A DNA stretch of 64,000 nucleotides from NCBI GenBank assembly GCA_902526645.1, contig CABZLS010000003.1, positions 20,773-84,772 of the forward strand. Direction: 5' to 3'. The notes under the pieces are model-generated. The model saw only the letters and a list, made by a program, of their open reading frames with translations. It was not told the origin of the DNA and did not search any database. The stretch comes from an uncultured Pelagibacteraceae bacterium. Its GTDB lineage: Bacteria; Pseudomonadota; Alphaproteobacteria; Pelagibacterales; Pelagibacteraceae. Below, piece by piece: positions 56,381 through 64,000 of this stretch; position 1 is the first letter of the stretch; each line of letters begins with the position of its first letter. A program made the position numbers and the translations under genes.

Positions 56381-56806
56381 ATGAACTCAGTTATTCTAGC
56401 CATTATTTTAATTCCGATTATTGAAATATACCTGTTTATTAAAATTGGATCCCAAATTGGAGCTTTTAATACTATTTCATTGATTTTTATAACCGCAATA
56501 ATCGGAATAATTTATGCGCGATATGAAGGCATTAATACTTTAAAGTCTGGTTTTTCACAAATCATCAAAGACGAGTTGCCTGCTTACGAAATCATTTCTG
56601 GAGCAGCTATCGCCTTTGCAGCACTACTTTTAATAATTCCAGGTTTTGCAACTGACCTAATAGGTTTTTTATTAATTTTACCCTTTACACGAAAATTAAT
56701 TTTTGGAAAAATTTCTAAAAATTTAAAAAAAAGAAATTCTAAAAAAGATAATTTTATCGAAGGAGAATTTGAAGATTTGGAGGAAGACAATGACAGAAAA
56801 CTTTAA
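56381..56806 (+). CDS. fxsA: FxsA family membrane protein
   Basis: PIIEIYLFIKIG, LLIIPGFATD..G motifs. Confidence 0.92.
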   Translation: MNSVILAIILIPIIEIYLFIKIGSQIGAFNTISLIFITAIIGIIYARYEGINTLKSGFSQIIKDELPAYEIISGAAIAFAALLLIIPGFATDLIGFLLILPFTRKLIFGKISKNLKKRNSKKDNFIEGEFEDLEEDNDRKL

Positions 56807-57212
56807 AATTTTAGCTCAATATGTGAAAGATATTTCAAGTGAAACATCGAATGTTGAAACTTATTTGTTTGTAAAAGAAAATATTGCAAAATATCAATTG
56901 AATATTGATATAACTTCTAAACCATTAAAAAATAAACTTGTAGAAGTAAATTTAACTTTAAAATTTGAGGATAAAGAAATAAATGAAAAAAAATCATATT
57001 TTGAAATAATCTATTCAGTCGTAGTAAGAGTAAACGATGAGATTACAGATAAAAAAGATTTAGAAAAAATAATTTTATGTGAGGTTCCAACTAAAGTTTC
57101 ACCAGAGCTAGAAAAAACTTTTTTAAATTTAGTTCATAACTCAGGTCATCCAGAAATAAAATTGGATAAAAAATTTGATTTTCAAAGACTTTACAATGAA
57201 AAATTTAATTAA
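56790..57212 (+). CDS. secB: Protein-export chaperone SecB (divergent)
   Basis: AQYVKDISSE motif, SD ggagg, conserved position after fxsA. Confidence 0.8.
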   Translation: MTENFKILAQYVKDISSETSNVETYLFVKENIAKYQLNIDITSKPLKNKLVEVNLTLKFEDKEINEKKSYFEIIYSVVVRVNDEITDKKDLEKIILCEVPTKVSPELEKTFLNLVHNSGHPEIKLDKKFDFQRLYNEKFN

Positions 57213-57870
57213 AAAAATTTTTTTTCAAACTTGATTTCAAATATTCATCATGTTTTTTTAATTCATCTTTGTCCGGCTTTATAATCTTTTTATAATAAAG
57301 AATTTTTCCAAAATTTTCTTTGTTAACTTGGTAATCTTGACTTTCAAAATTTAGCATAGGTTCTTTTTGATCTGTCAAATTTATATAAACTTTTGCAAGT
57401 AAATCACAATCAACTAAAGCTGTATGTTTTAATCTTTTTGAATTATCAATTCTATACCTTTTACATAACGCATCTAAACTATTAGATGATCCAGGAAATT
57501 TGTCTCTAGCTAACACTAAAGTATCTACAACATCATTATCAATTTTACTTTTACCCAGAATTTTCATTTCATTGTTTAAGTGAGATAAATCAAATTCTGC
57601 ATTATGAATTATAAGTTTTTTATTTTTTAGAAAATTCAAAAACTCGTCTACTATATCTTTGAACCTTTTTTGCTCAGATAAAAACTTGTCAGAATACCCA
57701 TGGACAGCAAAAGCTTTATCTGAAACTTTTCTGTCTGGATTTAAGTAGTAATGAAATTTTTTTCCAGTTGGGATTAAATTGTCCAATTCAATACATCCTA
57801 TCTCAACGATTCTGTGTCCATCCTCAACCTTTAAACCAGTGGTTTCTGTATCTAAAACAACTTCTTTCAT
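57205..57870 (-). CDS. dnaQ: DNA polymerase III epsilon subunit
   Basis: VLDTETTG, IHNAEFD, SLDALCKRY, HTALVDC motifs. Confidence 0.96.
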   Translation of the reverse strand: MKEVVLDTETTGLKVEDGHRIVEIGCIELDNLIPTGKKFHYYLNPDRKVSDKAFAVHGYSDKFLSEQKRFKDIVDEFLNFLKNKKLIIHNAEFDLSHLNNEMKILGKSKIDNDVVDTLVLARDKFPGSSNSLDALCKRYRIDNSKRLKHTALVDCDLLAKVYINLTDQKEPMLNFESQDYQVNKENFGKILYYKKIIKPDKDELKKHDEYLKSSLKKNFFN

Positions 57871-58439
57871 TTTTTCAATTTTCTTAAAATATATACTAAT
57901 TTTGACTTTATAGGTTTACTTTTAAAGTTATTTTCAATAATGAAATTTGATTTTTTCTTTTTAAAAGAAAGCGGAAGTTGTATTCTTCTAAATTCTCTAA
58001 TTAACTTTGAATTGTAACCTCTTCTAAGGATTAATCTTTTTTTTATATCTTTTTTTTTTGATTGTATAAATACAATTATATCATTCTTTTTATTGAGTTT
58101 ATTTTCAAGAAATAAAGGAATATCTAAGATAACAAATTTTTTTTTTTTGTTCTTTGTTAGGAACTTGTTTAATTTCTTTCTTACAATTGGATGAATTATT
58201 CTAGAAATTTTTTTTAAATTATTTTTTTTATCAAGTATACATTTTATAAGATTTTCTTTTTTAATTGGAAAAGTTAAATCATATTTTTTTAATTTTTTTT
58301 TTATTTTGTTAAAACAATTCTTGTCTTTATTATATATCTCTGAAACAATTTTATCCGCATTAAATACGGGATAATCGAATCTATTTGCTATATATGTTTT
58401 ACCAGCACCAATATCGCCTACTATTGCAATTCTAATCAT
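57867..58439 (-). CDS. coaE: Dephospho-CoA kinase
   Basis: GDIGAGKT, FNADKIV, IIHP.V, DIPLFLE motifs. Confidence 0.9.
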   Translation of the reverse strand: MIRIAIVGDIGAGKTYIANRFDYPVFNADKIVSEIYNKDKNCFNKIKKKLKKYDLTFPIKKENLIKCILDKKNNLKKISRIIHPIVRKKLNKFLTKNKKKKFVILDIPLFLENKLNKKNDIIVFIQSKKKDIKKRLILRRGYNSKLIREFRRIQLPLSFKKKKSNFIIENNFKSKPIKSKLVYILRKLKK

Positions 58440-59232
58440 TGTATAAGTAAGTTAATAATTTATCATCAATTTTTGGAAATTTGCCAGTCCACAATTCAAA
58501 AGCTTTTTGTGCTTGATAAACAAACATCATTTTTCCATTAAGCCATACGTTACCGTTTTTTTCAGCTTCTTTGAGGAAATTAGTTACTGATGGATTGTAG
58601 ATAACATCATAAAATATTACTTTTTTAGAAATTTTTTCAAAATTAAAGTGCAATTTGTCCTCATTTTTTAAACCAAGACTTGTTGCATTTATGATTAAAT
58701 CCGACTCTTTAAATTCTCCCCAATCACTTATTTGGATTAATGGAAATTGTTTCTTTAATTTTTCAAGTTTTTCATGAGTTCTATTTGTAACAAAAATTTT
58801 CTTAAAACCTAAATTTTGAAGGCCAAATATAATTGATGGAACTACACCGCCTGCTCCAAATATAAAGGCAGATTTATTTTTTAAATTAAAATTCTTTTCT
58901 CTTAGAGAATTTTCAAAACCAAATATATCTGTGTTATCCCCAATAATTGTATCATCCTTCTTATAAACTGTATTAACTGATTGAGTTTTATTTGCTAAAT
59001 CTGAAAGCTTATCTAAAAATGGTATTATTCTTTGTTTAAATGGAATTGTTATATTAATTCCAGATAATTCATTATTTCTAATTTGCTCAATTATTTTAAT
59101 CAATTCTTCGTTGCTTGGTTTTTTTTTAGCATAATCAGCATTAATTGAATTTTGTTTGAACCAATAATTATGTATTTTTGGAGATAATGAATGATTTATG
59201 GGATCACCAATTATTAAATATTTTTTAGTCAT
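58432..59232 (-). CDS. aroE: Shikimate dehydrogenase
   Basis: GDPINHSLSP, NITIPFK, SVNT, NTD, GAGG, NATSLG, YDVIY motifs. Confidence 0.95.
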   Translation of the reverse strand: MTKKYLIIGDPINHSLSPKIHNYWFKQNSINADYAKKKPSNEELIKIIEQIRNNELSGINITIPFKQRIIPFLDKLSDLANKTQSVNTVYKKDDTIIGDNTDIFGFENSLREKNFNLKNKSAFIFGAGGVVPSIIFGLQNLGFKKIFVTNRTHEKLEKLKKQFPLIQISDWGEFKESDLIINATSLGLKNEDKLHFNFEKISKKVIFYDVIYNPSVTNFLKEAEKNGNVWLNGKMMFVYQAQKAFELWTGKFPKIDDKLLTYLYND

Positions 59233-59815
59233 AATAACTATTTAAATATGTTTTAATTTTTTCGATGGGAATACCCATTATTGAATTTCTATTTCCATCA
59301 ATATTAGAAAATAAATTTTTACCAAGTCCTTCGATTTGATAAACATTATAAGCATATAAAGTTTCATCACTTATTTTTGATAAATAATTCTTTAATTCTT
59401 CATCTGACATTTTTTTCATTGTAAGTTTCGCCTTGTCAGTATAATTCCAAATCATTTTTCCATTTTTAGAAATACATACTGAACTAATTAAATAATGTGT
59501 TTGTCCATTTAAATCTTTTAAAATTTTTAGAGCTTGTTCTCTATTAATTGGTTTTGAAATAATTTTTCCATTTAAATCTATAACACTATCTGCTCCTATA
59601 ACTAATCTTTCTTGATATTTCTGACTAACCTTATTTGCTTTAAGCTCTGCTAGATTTTTTGAAATTAATTCTGGAGTTGCTTTTTCTTTTCTTAAACTTT
59701 GTTTAACTAAATCTTCGTCTACATTTGATGGCACCACATCACATATTATATTATTTTGTTTTAAGATTTGATTTCTAACTTCACTTTTTGAGGCTAATAT
59801 AACTTTATTTACCAT
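59225..59815 (-). CDS. maf: Maf family nucleotide pyrophosphatase
   Basis: ILASKS..R, IGADS, KP, YQIEG motifs. Confidence 0.92.
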   Translation of the reverse strand: MVNKVILASKSEVRNQILKQNNIICDVVPSNVDEDLVKQSLRKEKATPELISKNLAELKANKVSQKYQERLVIGADSVIDLNGKIISKPINREQALKILKDLNGQTHYLISSVCISKNGKMIWNYTDKAKLTMKKMSDEELKNYLSKISDETLYAYNVYQIEGLGKNLFSNIDGNRNSIMGIPIEKIKTYLNSYYD

Positions 59816-60638
59816 TCGACTTATTTAAATATATATCATGAATTTTAATAATTGATGCTGCAGTTTCCTCAACTGATTTACGTGTCACATCTATTATTGG
59901 CCATTTAAATTTTTTGAAAGTTCTTTTTGCCTCATCCACTTCAATCTTTATCTTTTCTAAATCAATATAATCTTTGTTTTGACTTTCCTTTAAAGAATTC
60001 ATCCTATTTTTTCTGATATCGGCCAATCTTTCTGCTTCTGTGGTTAAACCTATTACACAAAATGAATCAGGATTTTTCTTCAAACTTTCAGGAATAGAGT
60101 CATTGTTAACTAATGGAATATTTATTGTTTTATAACCTTTGTTTGCTAAATAGATTGATGTAGGCGTTTTGCTCGTCCTGCTTACCCCTAATAAAATTAT
60201 ATCTGATTTTTTAACATCTTTTAATAAGTTTCCGTCATCATGATTCATAGTGAATTGTATTGCCTCTATTTTTTTATAATATTCCTCATTTAAAGCATAT
60301 TGACCACTGGGAACATGTGAGGCTTTTTGATTCAATAATTTTGAAAAATTTAAGATTAGTTCACCCAATATTCCAAAACAAGGAATTTTTTTTTCATCAC
60401 TGTTATTTGCTAAATATTTGGCTAAATTACTATCTACTATTGAATATAATATAACTGGATTTTCATTTTTTTTAGCTTGAGATAATATTTTAGAAATTTG
60501 GTTTTCTGTTCTAGTAAAAGAATAAGTATATATTTTATATTCTATATTTTTAAATTGAGCTTTTATTGCTAAAAAAATTCTATCCAATGTTTCACCAGTA
60601 GAATCTGATATTAGGTAAATTTGGTAAATATTAGTCAT
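59805..60638 (-). CDS. PEP synthase / pyruvate phosphate dikinase regulatory kinase-pyrophosphorylase (DUF299)
   Basis: ISDSTGET, AIQFTMNHDDG, GVSRTSKTPTSIYLA, DVTRKSVEETA motifs. Confidence 0.95.
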   Translation of the reverse strand: MTNIYQIYLISDSTGETLDRIFLAIKAQFKNIEYKIYTYSFTRTENQISKILSQAKKNENPVILYSIVDSNLAKYLANNSDEKKIPCFGILGELILNFSKLLNQKASHVPSGQYALNEEYYKKIEAIQFTMNHDDGNLLKDVKKSDIILLGVSRTSKTPTSIYLANKGYKTINIPLVNNDSIPESLKKNPDSFCVIGLTTEAERLADIRKNRMNSLKESQNKDYIDLEKIKIEVDEAKRTFKKFKWPIIDVTRKSVEETAASIIKIHDIYLNKSNGK

Positions 60639-60899
60639 GTATATATTGTTAATATCTTTGTAATATTTTAATTAAATTAAACAAATTTATTTTTTTTTAA
60701 TTTTTATTGTAAAATAAGGGTTTTATTAACATTTTAAAACAAGTGGAAAACAAATATACACATCTATTAGCAAGTTAATAAAATACAAAAAATTAAAGGG
60801 AATAAATTAAATAAATAGTTAATAAAATGTTAATAAAATTATGTTACCATTATTCACATAGCCTATAAATAATACAATATAATAATATATAATTATTTA
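60639..60899. other. Probable chromosomal replication origin (oriC)
   Basis: 261-bp intergenic region of about 14% GC (hand count) between the DUF299 gene and hemE, the known origin locus of several alphaproteobacteria; DnaA box TTATTCACA at 60850-60858 plus near matches; flanking genes diverge. Confidence 0.7.
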
Positions 60900-61901
60900 A
60901 TGACCCCAATTGATAAAGTTTTAAAAAAAAAAGATACAACTATTAATCCTATCTGGATAATGAGACAAGCTGGGAGATATTTGCCTGAATTTAGAGAAAT
61001 AAGAAAAATAAATCCAGATTTTATTAAATTATGTTTAAATGAAAAACTTGCTTCTGAAATTACCTTACAGCCTTTAAAAAGATTTAAGTTAGACGCAGCA
61101 ATTATTTTTTCAGATATATTAATTTTACCATATGGTTTAAACCAAGAGGTTAAATTTAAAAAAGATTTTGGTCCTTTGTTGAGTGATTTGAATTTAGATG
61201 AAATCTCTAAACTAAATGAAAATGATTTTGTTAAAAAAGTTTTACCAGTATATAAAGCAATAAATCTTGTTAGCTCAAATAAATTAGTTGAAAACAAAAA
61301 TACCATAGGTTTTGTGGGCGCACCTTGGACATTACTAGTTTATATGCTGAACAAACAATCACCTAAAAAAAAATTAAAAAATAATTTTTTTGTTGATAAT
61401 GTGTATATTAATAAAATTCTATATGTATTAGAAAAATTCTTAAAAATTCATATTAAAAATCAAATTAAAAATGGCGCAAATACCATACAAATTTTTGATA
61501 GTTGGGCAGGTCTACTTGAGAATAAATATATTGCAAATTATGTTTATGAACCAACTTTTAATCTTGTAGAATTTGTTAAAAATTTAAAAGTACCTGTCAT
61601 ATGTTTTCCAAGGGGTATTAAAGATTATAAAACTTATTGTAAAACTATTAAACCAGATGGAATTTGTATAGATTATGAAGTAGATCCATTATTAATAAGA
61701 AAAGAAATTCAAATACCAATTCAAGGAGGAATGGATCCTAAAGTTCTGTTAACTGATAAAGAAACTTTAAAAAAAGAGGCTACAAAATATTTAGATATAT
61801 TCAAAGATCATCCATATATATTTAATTTAGGACACGGAGTATTACCACAAACGGACCCGATAATGATGGAATATTTAGTAAACTTAGTAAAGGATTATTA
61901 A
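60900..61901 (+). CDS. hemE: Uroporphyrinogen decarboxylase
   Basis: PIWIMRQAGRYLPE, AAIIFSDIL, GFVGAPWT, QIFDSW, IFNLGHG motifs. Confidence 0.97.
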   Translation: MTPIDKVLKKKDTTINPIWIMRQAGRYLPEFREIRKINPDFIKLCLNEKLASEITLQPLKRFKLDAAIIFSDILILPYGLNQEVKFKKDFGPLLSDLNLDEISKLNENDFVKKVLPVYKAINLVSSNKLVENKNTIGFVGAPWTLLVYMLNKQSPKKKLKNNFFVDNVYINKILYVLEKFLKIHIKNQIKNGANTIQIFDSWAGLLENKYIANYVYEPTFNLVEFVKNLKVPVICFPRGIKDYKTYCKTIKPDGICIDYEVDPLLIRKEIQIPIQGGMDPKVLLTDKETLKKEATKYLDIFKDHPYIFNLGHGVLPQTDPIMMEYLVNLVKDY

Positions 61902-61902
61902 A

Positions 61903-62901
61903 ATGGAAAATAATGTCAATCACCCCGATATTAAATTTGGAAAAACCGGTGTTTTAATAGTTAACTTAGGAACTCCTGACTCGACAAATTGGTTTGATAT
62001 AAGGAAATATTTAAAAGAATTTTTATCGGACAGAAGAGTAATCGAAGTAAATCCAGTTATTTGGCAAATAATATTAAATGTTTTTATTTTAAATTTAAGG
62101 CCATCAAAAACTGCTAAAGCTTATAAAGAAATATGGATGAAAAATGAAAATATATCGCCACTTTTATTTTATACAAGAAAACAAGCTGAAAAAATTTCTA
62201 CTGCTATATCAAATGAAAATTTAGTAATAGATTTTGCTATGCGATATGGAAACCCTAGTATAAAAAGTAAAATCGCTAAATTACATGATTTGGGTTGTGA
62301 GAATTTAATTATTTTACCTTTATATCCTCAATATGCTGCGGCAACCACTGCAACTGTCTGTGATGAAGTATATAGAACTCTTATGAAAATGAGATGGCAA
62401 CCATCACTAAAAATAGTGCCACATTATGAGTCAGATCCTTTATATATAGAAGCGCTCGTAAATTCTTTGAATAAAAAAATTAAAGAAATAAATTGGAAGC
62501 CAGATTTGATATTAGCTTCTTATCATGGAATACCTCAAAAATATTTTGATAAGGGCGATCCTTATCATTGCTATTGTCACAAGACCACGAGACTAATATC
62601 AGAAAAGTTTACTTCAATTGAAATTAAGACAACATTCCAATCTAGATTTGGTCCTGAGAAATGGCTTCAACCTTACACAGATAAAACTTTAGAAAATTTA
62701 CCCAAAGAAGGTAAAAAAAATGTCTTGGCCATATGTCCAGGATTTTCCTCAGATTGTGTCGAAACTTTAGAGGAAATCCAAATTCAAGGAAAAGAGAGTT
62801 TTTTAGAATCTGGTGGAGAAAATTTTGATATGGTACCGTGTTTGAATGATAATGAAGATCACATAATTTTATTAAAATCTTTAATTCAAAAAAACATTTG
62901 A
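61903..62901 (+). CDS. hemH: Ferrochelatase
   Basis: NLGTPD, FLSDRRV, AMRYGNP, PLYPQY, SYHGIP, FQSRFG, DCVETLEEI motifs. Confidence 0.97.
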   Translation: MENNVNHPDIKFGKTGVLIVNLGTPDSTNWFDIRKYLKEFLSDRRVIEVNPVIWQIILNVFILNLRPSKTAKAYKEIWMKNENISPLLFYTRKQAEKISTAISNENLVIDFAMRYGNPSIKSKIAKLHDLGCENLIILPLYPQYAAATTATVCDEVYRTLMKMRWQPSLKIVPHYESDPLYIEALVNSLNKKIKEINWKPDLILASYHGIPQKYFDKGDPYHCYCHKTTRLISEKFTSIEIKTTFQSRFGPEKWLQPYTDKTLENLPKEGKKNVLAICPGFSSDCVETLEEIQIQGKESFLESGGENFDMVPCLNDNEDHIILLKSLIQKNI

Positions 62902-62904
62902 TTA

Positions 62905-63339
62905 ATGAATACTTACTTACTTTTTAAATCTTTACATTTGATATCTGTCATTTCTTGGATGGCTGGATTGTTATATCTTCCAAGAATTTTCGTTTATCAT
63001 TCTCAAAACAATACTCAGCCAATTATATCAGAGGTGTTTAAGGTTATGGAAAGAAAACTATTTTTTTATATCATGACACCAGCAATGATATTATCTTGGC
63101 TATTTGGCTTGCTACTTATCCACGAAATAGGATTTGAAAAACTTGGACAAACTTGGATGATTTTGAAGTCGATATTTGTGGTTATATTAACAATTTATCA
63201 TTTTTATCTTGGTCGTATTTTAGGACAGTTTAAATTAGACCTTAATACGCATTCACATAAATTTTATCGATTTATAAATGAAATACCCACATTATTGCTT
63301 ATTTTAATCATATTTGTTGTGGTTTTTAAGCCTATCTAG
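62905..63339 (+). CDS. hemJ: Protoporphyrinogen IX oxidase HemJ
   Basis: KSLHLISVISWMAGLLYLPRIFVYH, MERKL...IMTPAM, R.INEIP motifs. Confidence 0.95.
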   Translation: MNTYLLFKSLHLISVISWMAGLLYLPRIFVYHSQNNTQPIISEVFKVMERKLFFYIMTPAMILSWLFGLLLIHEIGFEKLGQTWMILKSIFVVILTIYHFYLGRILGQFKLDLNTHSHKFYRFINEIPTLLLILIIFVVVFKPI

Positions 63340-63402
63340 GGTTGAAATAATTTAGATAGCATATATATTATAAAAATTATTAAGTCCTTAATAATTTAAA
63401 TC

Positions 63403-64000
63403 ATGAACATTCAAGAACTAAAACTTAAATCATCTGAACAGCTAATTACTCAAGCAGAAGAGCTTGGTATTGAAAATGCTAGTACACTCAGAAAACAAGA
63501 AATTTTATTTGCGATTTTAAAGAAAGTTGCTGAAAAAGAGGAAATTACCGGCGCTGGTGTTTTACAACTTTTACAAGATGGTTTTGGATTTTTAAGAGCT
63601 ATGGAATCAAATTATCTTCCAGGACCTGATGATATATATGTTAGTCCAAGTCAAATAAGAAAATTTGGATTAAGAACAGGTGATACTGTGGAGGGCCCAG
63701 TAAGAGCACCAAAAGAAGGTGAAAGATATTTTGCTTTATTGCAAGTTAGTAAAATAAATTTTGAAGAACCAGATAAATCAAGACACAAAATTGCATTCGA
63801 CAACTTAACCCCACTTTATCCTGATAAGCAGCTTGTAATGGAAATCGAGGCTACAAAACCCGATAAAAAGCAAGATTTAACACCCAGACTTATAGACCTA
63901 GTAAGTCCTATTGGAAAAGGACAAAGATCGATAATTATTTCACCTCCTAAAGCAGGAAAGACAATGATTCTGCAGAGTATAGCCAACTCTATCGCAAAAA
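63403..64000 (+). CDS. rho: Transcription termination factor Rho, 3' end beyond window edge; missing from ORF track
   Basis: Hand translation: [10 protein letters not shown]...LQDGFGFLR...[25 protein letters not shown]...[19 protein letters not shown]. Confidence 0.97.
   Translation, partial: MNIQELKLKSSEQLITQAEELGIENASTLRKQEILFAILKKVAEKEEITGAGVLQLLQDGFGFLRAMESNYLPGPDDIYVSPSQIRKFGLRTGDTVEGPVRAPKEGERYFALLQVSKINFEEPDKSRHKIAFDNLTPLYPDKQLVMEIEATKPDKKQDLTPRLIDLVSPIGKGQRSIIISPPKAGKTMILQSIANSIAK

Noticed and set aside
60893-61306. 137-aa minus-strand ORF next to the origin
   Set aside because: Antisense shadow of hemE.
63332-63359. CTATCTA...TAGATAG inverted repeat at the end of hemJ
   Set aside because: Weak AT-rich 7-bp stem with no U-tract; it overlaps a plausible rho promoter and is not supportable as a terminator.
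1-64000. CRISPR arrays, transposases, riboswitches, rRNA
   Set aside because: No regularly spaced repeats, IS motifs or recognisable aptamer cores seen by eye; an Infernal scan would be needed to exclude small RNAs fully.

Overview
AT-rich (roughly 29% GC by eye), very gene-dense alphaproteobacterial chromosome segment. Gene content, gene order and protein style point to Candidatus Pelagibacter (SAR11); this taxonomic call is an inference. From left to right: (1) a TRAP transporter plus 2-hydroxy/2-oxo-acid catabolic cluster (amidase, dctMQP, D-2-hydroxyacid dehydrogenase, FAD-linked oxidase, aminotransferase, two tandem lldD-like genes); (2) a PagL-like gene and ccmCDEFGH; (3) hspQ, ispZ, a Bax inhibitor-1 gene, an aldo/keto reductase and argG; (4) an accessory light/UV-repair region at about 19.6-29.1 kb; (5) core genes folD, hemCD, tsaD, acs, an actP-like symporter, rpe, purH, tRNA-Gly(GCC), ftsK, lolA, hisBHAFE, hslVU, secB, dnaQ, coaE, aroE, maf; (6) a probable oriC between the PEP-synthase-regulatory-protein gene and hemE, then hemEHJ and rho. 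The UV-repair region holds two unusual photolyases: a short FAD-domain-first type and a bacterial (6-4) type lacking Fe-S ligands. It also holds a tightly coupled operon with a vertebrate-like CRTAC1 protein, a 10-Cys secreted protein and two small ORFs missing from the ORF track (a DUF2256 zinc-finger and an ArfA-like ribosome-rescue candidate). No CRISPR array, integrase or transposase was seen. All family assignments come from motif recognition by eye; no database searches were run.
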